A stretch of 63,677 bases of DNA, the filler included, from Perkinsus chesapeaki ATCC PRA-425 (taxonomy: Eukaryota > Protista > Perkinsozoa), in assembly GCA_013115145.1 (NCBI GenBank). It is 8 parts of 8 records of this genome, joined end to end, with 100 filler letters (N's around TTAATTAATTAA, not from the genome) between each part and the next. Parts side by side here need not be neighbours in the genome. Positions count along the whole stretch, not along the records: positions 48,270 to 59,278 come from JAAPAO010000864.1; positions 59,379 to 60,792 come from JAAPAO010001973.1; 6 more parts are not named here. The stretch is one strand, 5' to 3'. Made by a program: the position numbers and the translations under genes. Each line of letters opens with the position of its first letter. Position 1 is the stretch's first letter. Positions 49,407 to 60,892 of the stretch are shown here, one piece after another. Under the pieces are notes generated by a model that searched no databases, was not told the DNA's origin, and saw nothing but the letters and a program-made list of their open reading frames with translations.

Positions 49407-49902
49407 GATCACAGATCGCGACGAGTGTAACGGTGCCAAAGGGCCCCGTTACAGGATCACTGTGGATTAGTACGTAAAGTGCCACTGATCCGCTGACTGA
49501 TCCTTGAGATGGATCAGGAGCTTGATCCAATGGTTGATCTGGATCAGAGGATGATCTGCCAAGGTAAAATGGATCACGGATCAACGAAATTTCTCAAAGC
49601 CCTTGAGAATTTCTCAGCCCCTTGATCTATGGATCATGGATCAGATTTTTTCTCAAGGATCATGGATCAGGATCAAAAACGAGGATCACACAAGATCCAG
49701 ATCACAGGTCAGAGATCAGTATCGAAGTTCACGGTTCGAGATCAAGAGTCAAGGATCAGGATCAAAGATCACGGATCGAGATCAAGGATCATGGATCTAG
49801 CTCAAGCATTCCGGATCACGATTGATTTGGCTCAGACAAGAAGATCACTGGGTGATCTGGGTCATCGGCTTGATCCATGGATCAGGATCCGCATACCGGC
49901 CC
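49407..49902. repeat. GATC-saturated (GGATCA-like) array, probable Harbinger subterminal region or Tourist-like MITE
   Basis: About 36 GATC sites counted by eye in ~490 bp. It ends in ...GCATACCGGCCC|TGA, whose reverse complement GGGCCGG resembles PIF/Harbinger termini. Confidence 0.8.
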
Positions 49903-51273
49903 TGATGGAGGGCGACAGAATGGACAACGCTAGAGACGTCGTAAAATTGACTCACCAAAAAGAAATGTATCGACTGTAGTTCAGAGCTGAATGCGGGTGG
50001 GTCACTGGAGATCCAATTGTGTCGAAGACTTTCAAAGCTTGTAGCCTTGAAACAGTCATGCACAGTCAACATCGGAGGACTCCCTCGCCTCACTCTGTTG
50101 AGGTATCGTGTTTTGCAACGAAGTTACACTTTTTGTCGATGTTGCAGAGGTCCTCAGTACAATATGGATCGTTAGACTGAAGCGGACTGAAGCGAACGTT
50201 AGCTCTTCTCAGCCTGAATAAGGATGGTGTCTCACTCGTACTAGGTGAGTCGTCCAAATCCCTACCAGAGCAGTCTTGTCTTCTGGTCTTCTAGATACAT
50301 GGCGCGCAAGCCGAAGACACTCTCGATTTGTCTTCTACCAGCTGAAGTAGCTATCTTCCCTTTGATTATACCACTCACTCGACGTATCTGAAATTGACTT
50401 ACATGTTGTTGTACAGCGGTGTACAACCAACTTACAAATGCGAGGCATTCCGGGCTTCCTCCGATACGTTTGTTACTAAATAAATCGCCATAGGTATTCA
50501 AAAATCTATAGAGACAAGTTCATACATCTACAAGTCTCGAGCTGAGCGCACTCGGGGAAATCATATTTTAAGTTTATGACAGGGCAGCTGGCTACGGCTC
50601 CAAGGAACAGGTCAGGATGTTTAACGCGTGCCCATGCTGCTAGACTCTGAAACAAAGATGTACACGATCATACTGAAGCGTCCGTGGTTACCCCGGCAAA
50701 GCTGCAGCCCATCAGCACAAACTTCACTCCACTTAGACCATATTTCTTGATGATGAACTCGCGGAATGTGACAAGATCCGCAATTGCTTGGTTAGTCTGG
50801 AGAAGTTTGCGAAGATCTGCGGTGGTCGGAGAAGAGTTCGGAAAAGACTTCCCGTAAAACCTAATGGACAAGAGCACAAGACACAGATGTCGAAGAGTCC
50901 CACCTGTGTTCCAAAGCAACGACTATGCTCTGTGTTCTAGAAGCAACTTGCGATACATAGAAGGCGTAGAAGTCGTCCATCTTATATGCTTTAATATCAA
51001 CTATGACCAGCTGCATACAACGCGGGTATATTGACTCAGAAATAATCAATTACTTCTGGTTTCGATCCATTTACGAACTTGTCAGAATAAAGGTAACGTT
51101 GCTTGAATGTACCTAGTGGAGGTAAGCTAGAAGTCCAAATACATGCCTGAAACAGGAAGGCAAACTCAGCGTCCCACATGCATACCTGCGCCACAAAGGT
51201 GGTCAATGACTTGGTCGAATACCAGCGAGGGAACTCCTGAGCAGCTGCTAACTAGAAGCAGGGATAGGATCAT
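49903..51273 (-). pseudogene. Serine peptidase S28 family (Pro-X carboxypeptidase-like), 3' part interrupted
   Basis: Signal peptide, FDQVIDHL, VALEHR/FYGKSFP..QAIADL, MGCSFAG nucleophile elbow and LAAWARVKHPDLFLGAVASCPV. The frame runs into the GATC block before the expected CxEFG and Asp/His motifs. Confidence 0.8.
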
Positions 51274-53422
51274 GGGGAGCGTGCAGCGAACTTGAATATG
51301 TAGCATAGGTGTAATCTACCTGAAGCGACCAATCTAGGCACTGTCAAATTTTTGATGTATGCTCTCAGAAATCTCAACTATTCCAAGTGTGAATCTGAGG
51401 TAGCGTCATTACTGCAGCGACAACCCGAATCATCTGGGAGGCACTGCCCTTTCGGGAGCTATTGTGCCGATAGCATTCCCACCACAACCCCGCGAGAGCG
51501 AGAGAGGAAAGTAGAATTAGGAGGGAAGTACATGGTGCGATAAGTGTTCATTAACGGGCTTTCGAGGCGCCTCCGAGGTGCGCCGCTCCCGCGATTATAT
51601 ATTTCGCTCCTGAAGCTAGATTTCTCAATGAGTTCACAATGAAGGAAAGGCTCGCAAGTGTATCCTGTTGGATGCTGTGGGCATTCCTAATTTTTATGCA
51701 GCCCATTTGGATTAATCGGATGAATCCCATCCCAACCCACCGAGGTGAGTCCCCATTCGTGTACGCGTGCCGCCATGAAGATAGATTGTCACGCTACCCG
51801 TAGAAGTCCCACGGTAGTACTGGTCTCAACCAATGACCAGTTAATTTGGGTCTCGGAGCTGTAGTAAGAATTCCTGTAGTTCCACCGTTACCGCTGCCAG
51901 TGGGTTGCGCCCCCCTTTGTATCAACATAATTCTGTAAAGTGACTCGTGGTGGAGCATCAGAAACTCCCTCCGAAGTTTAAGACAATGAGTATCGTGTGT
52001 TTATGGATTCGGGTATCGGCCTGGATGCCAACTACAGGGAGCGCATTGTGCCACGTGATCAATGATGACGCTCGATTTAGCACTCTTCGCCTTGTTGTCG
52101 ACTACCGGACTAAATTCGGCAAGCTCCGCGCATGCTTCCCTCATACAGTCCGATGGAGCACGGCATCATATTCGTATTATGATGCCCCTAGTTAGACTGG
52201 ATTCCAAGCACTGAAGGATGAGTTGTAGTCCATCGATACGAGAATAGCGGGTGCTAGACTAGCACCCGCTATTCTAACGAACTAGCACTGCTAGTTCGTT
52301 CATGCCACCGCGGAATTAAGCACCCATTAGTCCCAAAATCTGGCCAGCGGTTATAGCTCACCATCCAGAAGGTTTAATGCCACTCATTTTGTCACCGGGA
52401 ATAAACGAAGGGATTTCATATATTCCCGCATGTGCCTGCCACATGCAATTTTCTGTTGGCTCTGTTCCTCAGTATTGACTCTTACTTATCGGCTATGCCT
52501 TATCCTAGTCTTACTTTCACCTCCACTTTATCGTAACTTTCGAGTCTTGTTCTGTAAGAAATGATCTAGGAAACTGGAAGCATCGAACCTTCCAAGCTTT
52601 CTATTTCAAGACGATGTGACTACTTGTGTTACCATGTACACGGTATTCGGAATACAATGTGCCATGAAGTTGTGTTAGCAACTCGGTGAATCAAGTGAAT
52701 TCTCGAGCGTTGTATGCCTCATCGGGAGAATCCCAAGCAGAACTTTCTCGGGTGTGCATAGATATTCGAGGTAGATATTCGAGTTCGATATTCGCATCAA
52801 TATCAATCGGAAGGTCAAGGAGTAGTCATTCAGTTGGCAGTCCAGCTACTATACAGGTGAACGTTCCCTCAGTTTAGGCGTAAGAGTATCACGAGGTGAG
52901 TTCTTGATGATTGTATTGCAATGGCTGTTATTTGTAATTCGGTCGGTCCTTGAGCCGCACTGTTCTTGGTATGAGAGAATGGCTCAGCAATATCTAGTGT
53001 AACGGAAGCAGCGTTTGCCCTCGGTTGATGTAGCTTATATAGCCGATGATCGTTTATATGCCCTGGACGGATCTTCTTGAAGGAATAGCTCCAACAAGTT
53101 GGCAAGTTGAGCCAGCAATTGATCGAAAATAAAATCAGCATTTTCGGAGACCCTACGCCTAGCTGAGTAGCCTCTGAAACTTACGTCGATGGTTTCATGC
53201 GTCTGTCGTGAGTATCCCTTCGTAGTCCACCTAGCACTACTATCTAAGCGTAATATTATATACCTTGCAATTTAACCAAATGAGCCTACAAATCGACATG
53301 CTCGCGAAGGTGTTATGTCACGTACTGATGTGACGATTTTACCGTATGAACGAAACAGCGGAATAAAAAGAAACCGAGTTGGAAAATGTTACGATCAATA
53401 GCGATGGGAATGGATATAGCTA

Positions 53423-54421
53423 TCATTCCCATGCCAACCGATAAACCGAGAACAACTTCTTCGTGCCAGATTCTTCGTCCGCCGCGAGGATGCCAAACCC
53501 GTCTTTGATGGCAATAAGCTCTGGTGGGACCGTCCGGTTCGATGGATCTCCCTTTACGATGAACCACTCCTTCCCTCGAAGCTCCACCACAATCAGAGAT
53601 GACGTGTCCTGCCGATAGGGGGTCGTTACCAACAAGATCAGGTTCGGATTTACAAAACGCACAAACCGTAGATGGCGAAGGAACGGCGCTGAAATGGGCA
53701 CTCTACTCCACAACTCTTTGGTGGCCCTCAAGCAGGAATTGCCACTTAAACCGACCGTTGCGCCCACTATGCTGTCACCGGCCATGACCGCGAAGCTGCA
53801 AACATCTTTTGACTCCTCAACCACGGTGAAGTCATGTATGTGTCTCACTGAGACTTCCACAGTGGAGGTCCAGAGCGGCAGGCAACGGCAGGATTTCCGT
53901 TGCAAGTCGCGCTGAACAATAGACAGAGAAATCCTTCCATCAATCAGAAGTCTAGCAAGAAACAAGCGTCCGCCACAGACGCTCAGATAGCCAGGTAGCT
54001 CCGGCAAGGGGGACTTCACAGTTCCATTCTCCGGTCTGAATAAGTCCATAGTAAGTAGCAGTCGCCTGTCTAAGTCGGTCACGTATAAGTGGTCCTCAAA
54101 TGGGTCATATATAAACTGTGATCGCCGCGGTAGAGGCTCCGTAAACTCGAAGGTCCTTCCAGAGTCGAGCTCTTGTAGTGCTGCAAGATCATTCCCGTCA
54201 GAGAGTATAACCATAAGGCGGTCACCCTTCAGAAATGCGTATCGAACTCGACTTTTGAGCTCAGCGTGCTCACGGGAGACTTCCCTCAGACATGGCTCTC
54301 TCGGTCGTAGGAAGCAGGAGATCTCTCGAAGCAGTTCCTCGAACATTCCGTCCAAGTTGCGCTTCTCCCACAGCCTCTCAAGGGTCTTCACGTCAAGGGA
54401 CAGAGCATGGTACCGATCCAT
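53423..54421 (-). CDS. Hypothetical protein (332 aa, intronless): helical N-terminus plus beta-propeller-like region
   Basis: Long ORF. FIYDPFEDHLYVTD and LSVCGGRLFL resemble propeller blades. Confidence 0.6.
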   Translation of the reverse strand: MDRYHALSLDVKTLERLWEKRNLDGMFEELLREISCFLRPREPCLREVSREHAELKSRVRYAFLKGDRLMVILSDGNDLAALQELDSGRTFEFTEPLPRRSQFIYDPFEDHLYVTDLDRRLLLTMDLFRPENGTVKSPLPELPGYLSVCGGRLFLARLLIDGRISLSIVQRDLQRKSCRCLPLWTSTVEVSVRHIHDFTVVEESKDVCSFAVMAGDSIVGATVGLSGNSCLRATKELWSRVPISAPFLRHLRFVRFVNPNLILLVTTPYRQDTSSLIVVELRGKEWFIVKGDPSNRTVPPELIAIKDGFGILAADEESGTKKLFSVYRLAWE

Positions 54422-55105
54422 TCACCTCAAGGATATCGTGTCGGATCTGAGCGGTGACGTCCCGACCGTGACGTGACGCTGCGCTCCATCAACCGTCACC
54501 CGTCTCCAATATAGAAGCGGTCACTTTCGTAATGAAGCGGGAGCTTCTTCAGCAACAACAGACCGGCAATCTTCTGCCCACTGAGATCTTTCCACACATT
54601 GTGTATCACGAAATTGGAAGAGCAGTGATGAAGCTCATCGAGTAAATCGAACAGCGAACCTCGCCGGTTCATTTTGCAAAGTTACCAGGGACGCTCTATC
54701 TTCGGCTTCGGGCACAAAAAAGCAAGTGTTCTGGTAATTCTTCCTTAGATACTCAAATGCTACTGATTCATATTAAGATAATCATACTATTTTGCGACTT
54801 CCAGATCTTAGTAAGATTCGTTACACTGATAGGATTCCTCATCTCACGAGGTAACCCTCGCTCATGTTCATGATGCTTCACTTCAGACCGAGCTGAAGTG
54901 AAGCTAAAGGCAAGCTGATTTTTAAACTCACTTTTCCTTTCGCTCTACCGAATGAGCTCGTAGCACGTAACCGTATCAATTACAACGGTTTTATACGAAT
55001 ACTATGCGATAACCCAGATGTTCGGTTTACCCCGAAATCATTGGAGCACCCCAGATGTTACAACACAAAACTTAAACTATCGCAACAAAGGATTGAACAT
55101 GTACA

Positions 55106-55531
55106 TCATTCTTCATGACTTAGACGCGTATACCATCCCATCACTTCATCAGCATCAAGCTGTAAACGAGTAAACCGTGAACTCCCGATACGCAGCCAAG
55201 CACGGGTTCCACGAAACTCGACCTCACGAAGGCCGTCGCTCGGCACTCTTGTTGGAAGTATCCGCACGCGATTCAATTGTGCAGTGGAGCTGGTCCGTTC
55301 CTCGGACGACCAAAGCAGAGTGAACTTCACTACACCATTTCTATTACTCCGACTCATTCGGGTGGCTACCGTATAGGATGGTACACCGGGAATAGTGACA
55401 GTGGCGGGGCTGCCGTCATCTGGACAAAGTATAACCAACTTGTTTGGACCGCGCTCAAACAAGACGCCATATACCCGTGCGTTCAGAGTACCGATAACGC
55501 ATAGAAGTACAAGTACGGGGGTGGAGAACAT
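55106..55531 (-). CDS. Small secreted hypothetical protein (141 aa)
   Basis: ATG start with a signal peptide (MFSTPVLVLLCVIGTLNA). Intronless. Confidence 0.6.
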   Translation of the reverse strand: MFSTPVLVLLCVIGTLNARVYGVLFERGPNKLVILCPDDGSPATVTIPGVPSYTVATRMSRSNRNGVVKFTLLWSSEERTSSTAQLNRVRILPTRVPSDGLREVEFRGTRAWLRIGSSRFTRLQLDADEVMGWYTRLSHEE

Positions 55532-55853
55532 ACGCGAAGGCGAGCAAGTAATTACTTGAATCAGAAAATACTCCGTCGATTGCCGAAGCTACAACGCGGC
55601 AAGCCATCCTAGTACTAAGTTAGAGAACGACCACTGGTGGTTCCGACAACGCTAACACTGAGGATATAGGAAAAGGGTACAGCTACAAGCGAGAAGGAAG
55701 TTCCAGCGTAATGGTTGAAAGGCCAATAGAGACAAACTGGAATGGTACAGTCGCGTCTCCCTGGCAAGGCGAGCGAAACAACCGCTGCGGAATTCTCCTT
55801 GTGCGCCAGGCCAGCACCAAGCAGTAAGTCAGCGGACGGTTGAGTGTCTCCTA

Positions 55854-58800
55854 TCAGTTGGTGGAGTGCTCGGTCATCAAAGCTTGCGCGGCGTCACGCC
55901 ACATCTTCGCGGCGTTGAGTTCTTGTCGAACAGCGCTGATCAACTTGTCATTGAAGGTGTCGCCAGTTTCCAGCAAAGCCGTCACGTTAGTCTGATGAGA
56001 AATATGACACCATTTATACAGCGGAGTGTACCGTAGAAAATATGTTAGTAATATCATCGACTCTTTGTTGACAAGACTCCAGCACAAACCGAAGGGCCTG
56101 AGAGAGATAATCATGAGTCACATTGAGGTACGCAGATTACTTGAATATCTTGAGGACTAAGCTGGCCGGGTATCTCATCGAACGCAGGGGTGCTCCAAAG
56201 CTGCTTTAGCGCGACTACGTCAGCCACTTGGGCATACCTATACAATGGCTTTCGGTGAAATCTACTTCCCAGCTTGCAATAATGCAGGGAAGGCGAAGGA
56301 AAACTGGGACTTCTCCAGTGCTTCGGTCAGTTCGCCATCATCTAGAAATCTTCAACATGTCAGACCCTCGGTGGCTCGCTATCACGATATGCTGCGGAGG
56401 GCCTTATGACGAGCTCATGGCTACGTGGATCTTCCATAATGCTTCGATCGTTGAACTAAGCTTGAATTCCCCAGACTCTCTCCCCCCAGCTGAAACCGTG
56501 TTCCCAAAACTTATTCACAGTAGAGCAGATTTGATTGCAAAAGTTGTCACTGATCGCTGTGAATCACAACATCTACTCGACGCATCTTTCCCCCCTTCAA
56601 CTAGAACAATTAAATCTGATCTGTCCTGTGCCCTTAGGAAGATAACCAACCACGTGCTCTATGCAACTTATAGGGATTTCTCGTAGGTACGATAGGCAGA
56701 GGGTTTCTTACTGTGCTAGACGGCTGCACTTCAACATGCGCTTCCAGTCGGATTCATCGCCTACCGTGGAGGCAAATGAACAGCGAAAAGGAACCCACAC
56801 TCACCAACGACGAAGGGGTCGACGCATTGCTTGAAGATGTTATGTTTCTTCATCAGCAGCGATATCGAGTCATTCCCCGATGCGGTGTAGTTGAGAGCCA
56901 TTGGGTAACTGAGGAGCCAATTCCATGGCGGCACAACACATGGAAGAAGGATGCACCGTCAGCTCTGATAAAATGGCAAACGACAGCCGTTTGTCGTTCA
57001 ACCGAGGCAGTGGCAAAACGCAGTGCCAGACTGAGTACTGTTGCGAACCTCCCATGCACTCGACTCAAGTTGTCCTACTGAACTTAGCCTATAATACTAT
57101 CTATGTTGTATGTGCTCAAACTCCAAACCGCACGATCGACTATAGCGATTTGACGACTAGGAACCTCACAACGACGAAACACAATCAGCAAGGTAAATAG
57201 ATATGAGGCCTATAGTTGGAGTTTCACAGATATATACGAGCTCCATCGACGGTCGTTTGTTAATCCAGCACGCCTCATCAGCCATCACTGCTCACCTACC
57301 CTAATTTGTTCCCTGGAATTGTGAAGCCATCATAAAGCAAAAACTCCAAGTTACTTTTCAAGCCATAGTCCATTGTCAGTTCATCACCTAGGCACGTAAT
57401 TTGCAGGCTGCTGCCGATGCTGAAGAGACTAACCTTTATGTAAATCTCGCCGGGCCCGTACGAGACACTCTTTATAATCGCATGCAGGTACCTGAATACG
57501 ACGTATCCAGCACTGAAATACCTATACGTTTTCGCCTATATATGATTGATGGAAGTCAAGGATATCGGGAATCTCCGGTCGAGTTTTGAACTTGTCCAAA
57601 TTAAGTAGTGTGATCAACTTGCCCATTTGTCGCGCAGGTTACCGCGTCCAAGTCAGGAAACACGACCACTATCTCATCGCCAGGTATTCGGTTTCTTGGT
57701 GAACTAATAATTCATGAAGCGGGAAACATGCTGCTGGGAGTTGCCTACCTACAGATGTTGCGAAATCCAGTCACAACAATTTTGAGGAAGCAGGTAAGGT
57801 CATCTTACTAAGATGGTGGACTGCATTCATCCTTCGCACCAGCGACAAAACGTATAGAATCACACGTGGATTACGACGAATAAAATAAATAAAACACATT
57901 GGACGATGCATGCATCGATCAGAGCTACGGAAAGTACCACGCGGGTCCATTTTCTAACCTAGCGCCCGGAGAGCAAATTTCTGTGGATATTCGTACGGGA
58001 GAGTCGGTGCCTCTGTTACGAATCCCAAACGAATATTCCATAACACCATCTGACGTACCTCTAGATTCCACCCATCTTGAACTGTATTTACCAGCGACAC
58101 TGCTGGCAAGAGCAGCACCATTTCTCGTGTCAAACCCGTGGCCTCTTTCACTCGAGCGACGCCAGTCCGAGACAAAACAATCCCCCATGCCCATCTGAAC
58201 GCCTCAAACAGTAAACTGGGGGCTGAAACGCCATCAAATAGCGCTAATCGGAGCTCGCCCATCTAGGATTTTTGAAACACAGGCAGGGGGAAAATTCAAG
58301 AAATCAGGCGTACGATTGTTTTCTCGTCAGAGTGATAGAGTTTCAGAGCCGAACATCAACCTCGAAGGAACTGGCGAAGTAATATAGATTTGCGAAAGAA
58401 GTTCTACCAGTAATTCAATCGGGTCTATCAATGCACGGTTGAAACCATCTCACCTGGCCATCGTCTCCACATAAAATTGTGCCTCGTCAGTTTTCATGCT
58501 ATCAATTCCGAACATTGCCGGCATTGCCATTGCTAGGCCCCGAGAGGTCACCAGGAATCTTTCCAGTCTAAGTTGGCAAATCACCACGATAACGAACTGT
58601 CACAATCTAGGCATTAAATCGCCGCGAAAGACACGTATAGGACGGATAGCCCAAGTGAGCCGTTCCAAGCGTCGGACTATGATCTCATGCACGCCGCGGA
58701 GATGTCGGTATATACCTTAGTAAGGTAAGGCTTACCTTCGCAGCTCCTCTTTGGCGGGCTCGAAAACTAACGCACTTTGGTTTGCGTTGAGGCTCACAAC

Positions 58801-59278
58801 AGAGTCGAAGGTATCCGGGAAGGAACTGAACCACTCCTTCAAAAAAGTCTTATCTTCCACCTTTGATTTGCCAAGTCGATTATGCAACCAGCCTGATAGC
58901 CACAAATTTCGCCGAAATTAGAATCAGAATTTCGAGATCAGAATTTCGCACACTCGTCGAGGCGAACGGAATATAGGTTCAACGGGGCAGTCGGGAAAAC
59001 AATGTGACAGAGATCGATACCTTGAGGTGAATAAAGTCAATCGAGATCCCCACTACGAGTTTGCGCGAGTGCAACGAGGTTAATGGCCCACCCATCCCCT
59101 TGTCTCTGTCATGCTCTTTCAAGTGCTAAAGAAACGATCAAGACGCGCTTCCTTCTCGGTAAAGCCTCTAAGAGGCGAGGAGCATTAAGGTTAGGAGGCA
59201 ACGGTTACATTGTCATCAAAGGCAATCATGTATGCAGTCGGACGGGAGTATTGGGTGAGGACAGACAAGCGGCATGTT
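55854..59278 (-). CDS. SET-domain lysine methyltransferase, Rubisco-LSMT/SETD3-like (many exons; 5' end in gap)
   Basis: KEWFSSFPDTFDS, FEAFRWAWGIVLSRT..LLLPAVSLVN, GDELTMDYGLKSNLEFLLYDGFTIPGN (~57305-57388) and a C-terminal helical segment KLISAVRQELNAAKMW. Confidence 0.75.
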
Positions 59279-59378
59279 NNNNNNNNNNNNNNNNNNNNNN
59301 NNNNNNNNNNNNNNNNNNNNNNTTAATTAATTAANNNNNNNNNNNNNNNNNNNNNNNNNNNNNNNNNNNNNNNNNNNN

Positions 59379-60792
59379 TGGCGATATGGTCCGCATATGT
59401 CGATATGAATACGGTCCCAACATCTGGGAGATGATGTTATTGAGTGTAATGGCACAAGTGGTTTACGATCATTGGGAAATGCCTTTGCCGAAGAACATAC
59501 ACTACATTTGAATTGATTACATTCTGATGCTAATCCCGGTATATTTACCCAATCTCTTAGTTTTGCGAACTGTGCGGCACGTCCTTCATGATTATGTGTT
59601 AATATTAATAGTTTCTGTGCTCGTGATCTTGGGATTTCTACTTTCCCGTTAACTATTGGGAATTCTTTCAACCATTCTTTTAATGTCTCTGATCGATCTT
59701 TATTAACACCATATATTTGTATTGGTATTGCAATCTCCTCTTTTTCTTTTTCTAAATCGTGCATTATTTGATTAAATTGTGGTAACAACTCGCTTGGCAA
59801 TCTAGATGGTTTATCTGCTTTGTTTTGTTCTGATGGAGTGTAATGTACACTTAGTGATATATTGTATGCTGCTTTAATATCATCTATTAATTGTAATCTA
59901 CCTTCAATTGCATTCCTACACCTTCCTTTAATATGGCTCCAGTTTCTCTCATTAGATCTTGTTAACCAATGTTTCACTGATACATTATCAACATGTAAAT
60001 GAATAGTTTTTTCTTTGATTTCGTATGCTCTCATATAATCTATGACTAATTCTAGACCCCTTAATACACCTTCGGTTTCTGCCACATTAATATGGCGTTT
60101 ACATCCTTGCTTTCGGAGCCATGCTCTGTCTTCTATTTCTTCATCTCCGAAGCAAAGAACTGCTGCTATTCCGTATGATGATGCGTCTGTGTATGAATAC
60201 CATTCTTGATCTGGATTCACCTGCCATTTACCATGGCATGGGTCCTTTTCTATAATATATGATGCAACGTGTTTCCATAAATCTTGTATTGGAGTTGGTA
60301 AATCATAATCATATTGCGGGTGATCTTTCGGCTTTGCAGCCGCACTCACTCGAGTTAACGTTGCGGCTACTAATCGTAACCATGAGGCGACAGGATATAC
60401 TGTTACTATTTTGCCTACTATTGATGCTAATTCTGAACGAGTCTTTGGTATCGTATTTAATTCTTTTTCAATTGATTTCCCTCTCGTCCATTGACCATCA
60501 TCGCTAACATGTATTCCTAATAATGTTGAACCTGCTACCCGCTGTGGCGGCTTTGTATTAAATGAGTTTTTTGATAATTCAGACTGAACTTTTTTCAAGT
60601 CTTCTTCAGCTACTAACATGTCGTCAACATATTTCTTAACTGGTTTATTTGTTTTTGATTCAGCAAGTGCTGTAGTAACTGCACTGTGTAATGCTTTTCC
60701 TGATATATTTAATCCAAATCCTGCTCTAGTCATTTTACATGTTTGTTTATTTTTTGGTAGATGAACAAATCTACAACATTGATATAACTGTT
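59379..60792 (-). mobile_element. LTR retrotransposon pol fragment (RT - RNase H - integrase), AT-rich
   Basis: TRAGFGL, YVDD, YTDASSYG, HINVAE, VDN, NKADKPSR, HHCC-like HNH..CSVC, and WDRIHIDICGPY. Open across the whole contig. Confidence 0.9.
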
Positions 60793-60892
60793 NNNNNNNN
60801 NNNNNNNNNNNNNNNNNNNNNNNNNNNNNNNNNNNNTTAATTAATTAANNNNNNNNNNNNNNNNNNNNNNNNNNNNNNNNNNNNNNNNNNNN

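Noticed and set aside
49603-49979. Three overlapping ORFs rich in D/Q/G/S/I
   Set aside because: Artefacts of the stop-poor GATC array.
56228-58198. Plus-strand ORFs (56228-56686, 56713-57081, 57401-57589, 57899-58198)
   Set aside because: They are shadows of the minus-strand LSMT-like gene, which carries the diagnostic motifs.
13777-58919. One-sided 7-9-bp hairpins with 1-nt loops (13777, 16083, 49343, 58905) and an imperfect one at 3175-3207
   Set aside because: They lack the second TSD copy. About four stems of 7 bp or more with a 1-nt loop are expected by chance in 64 kb.
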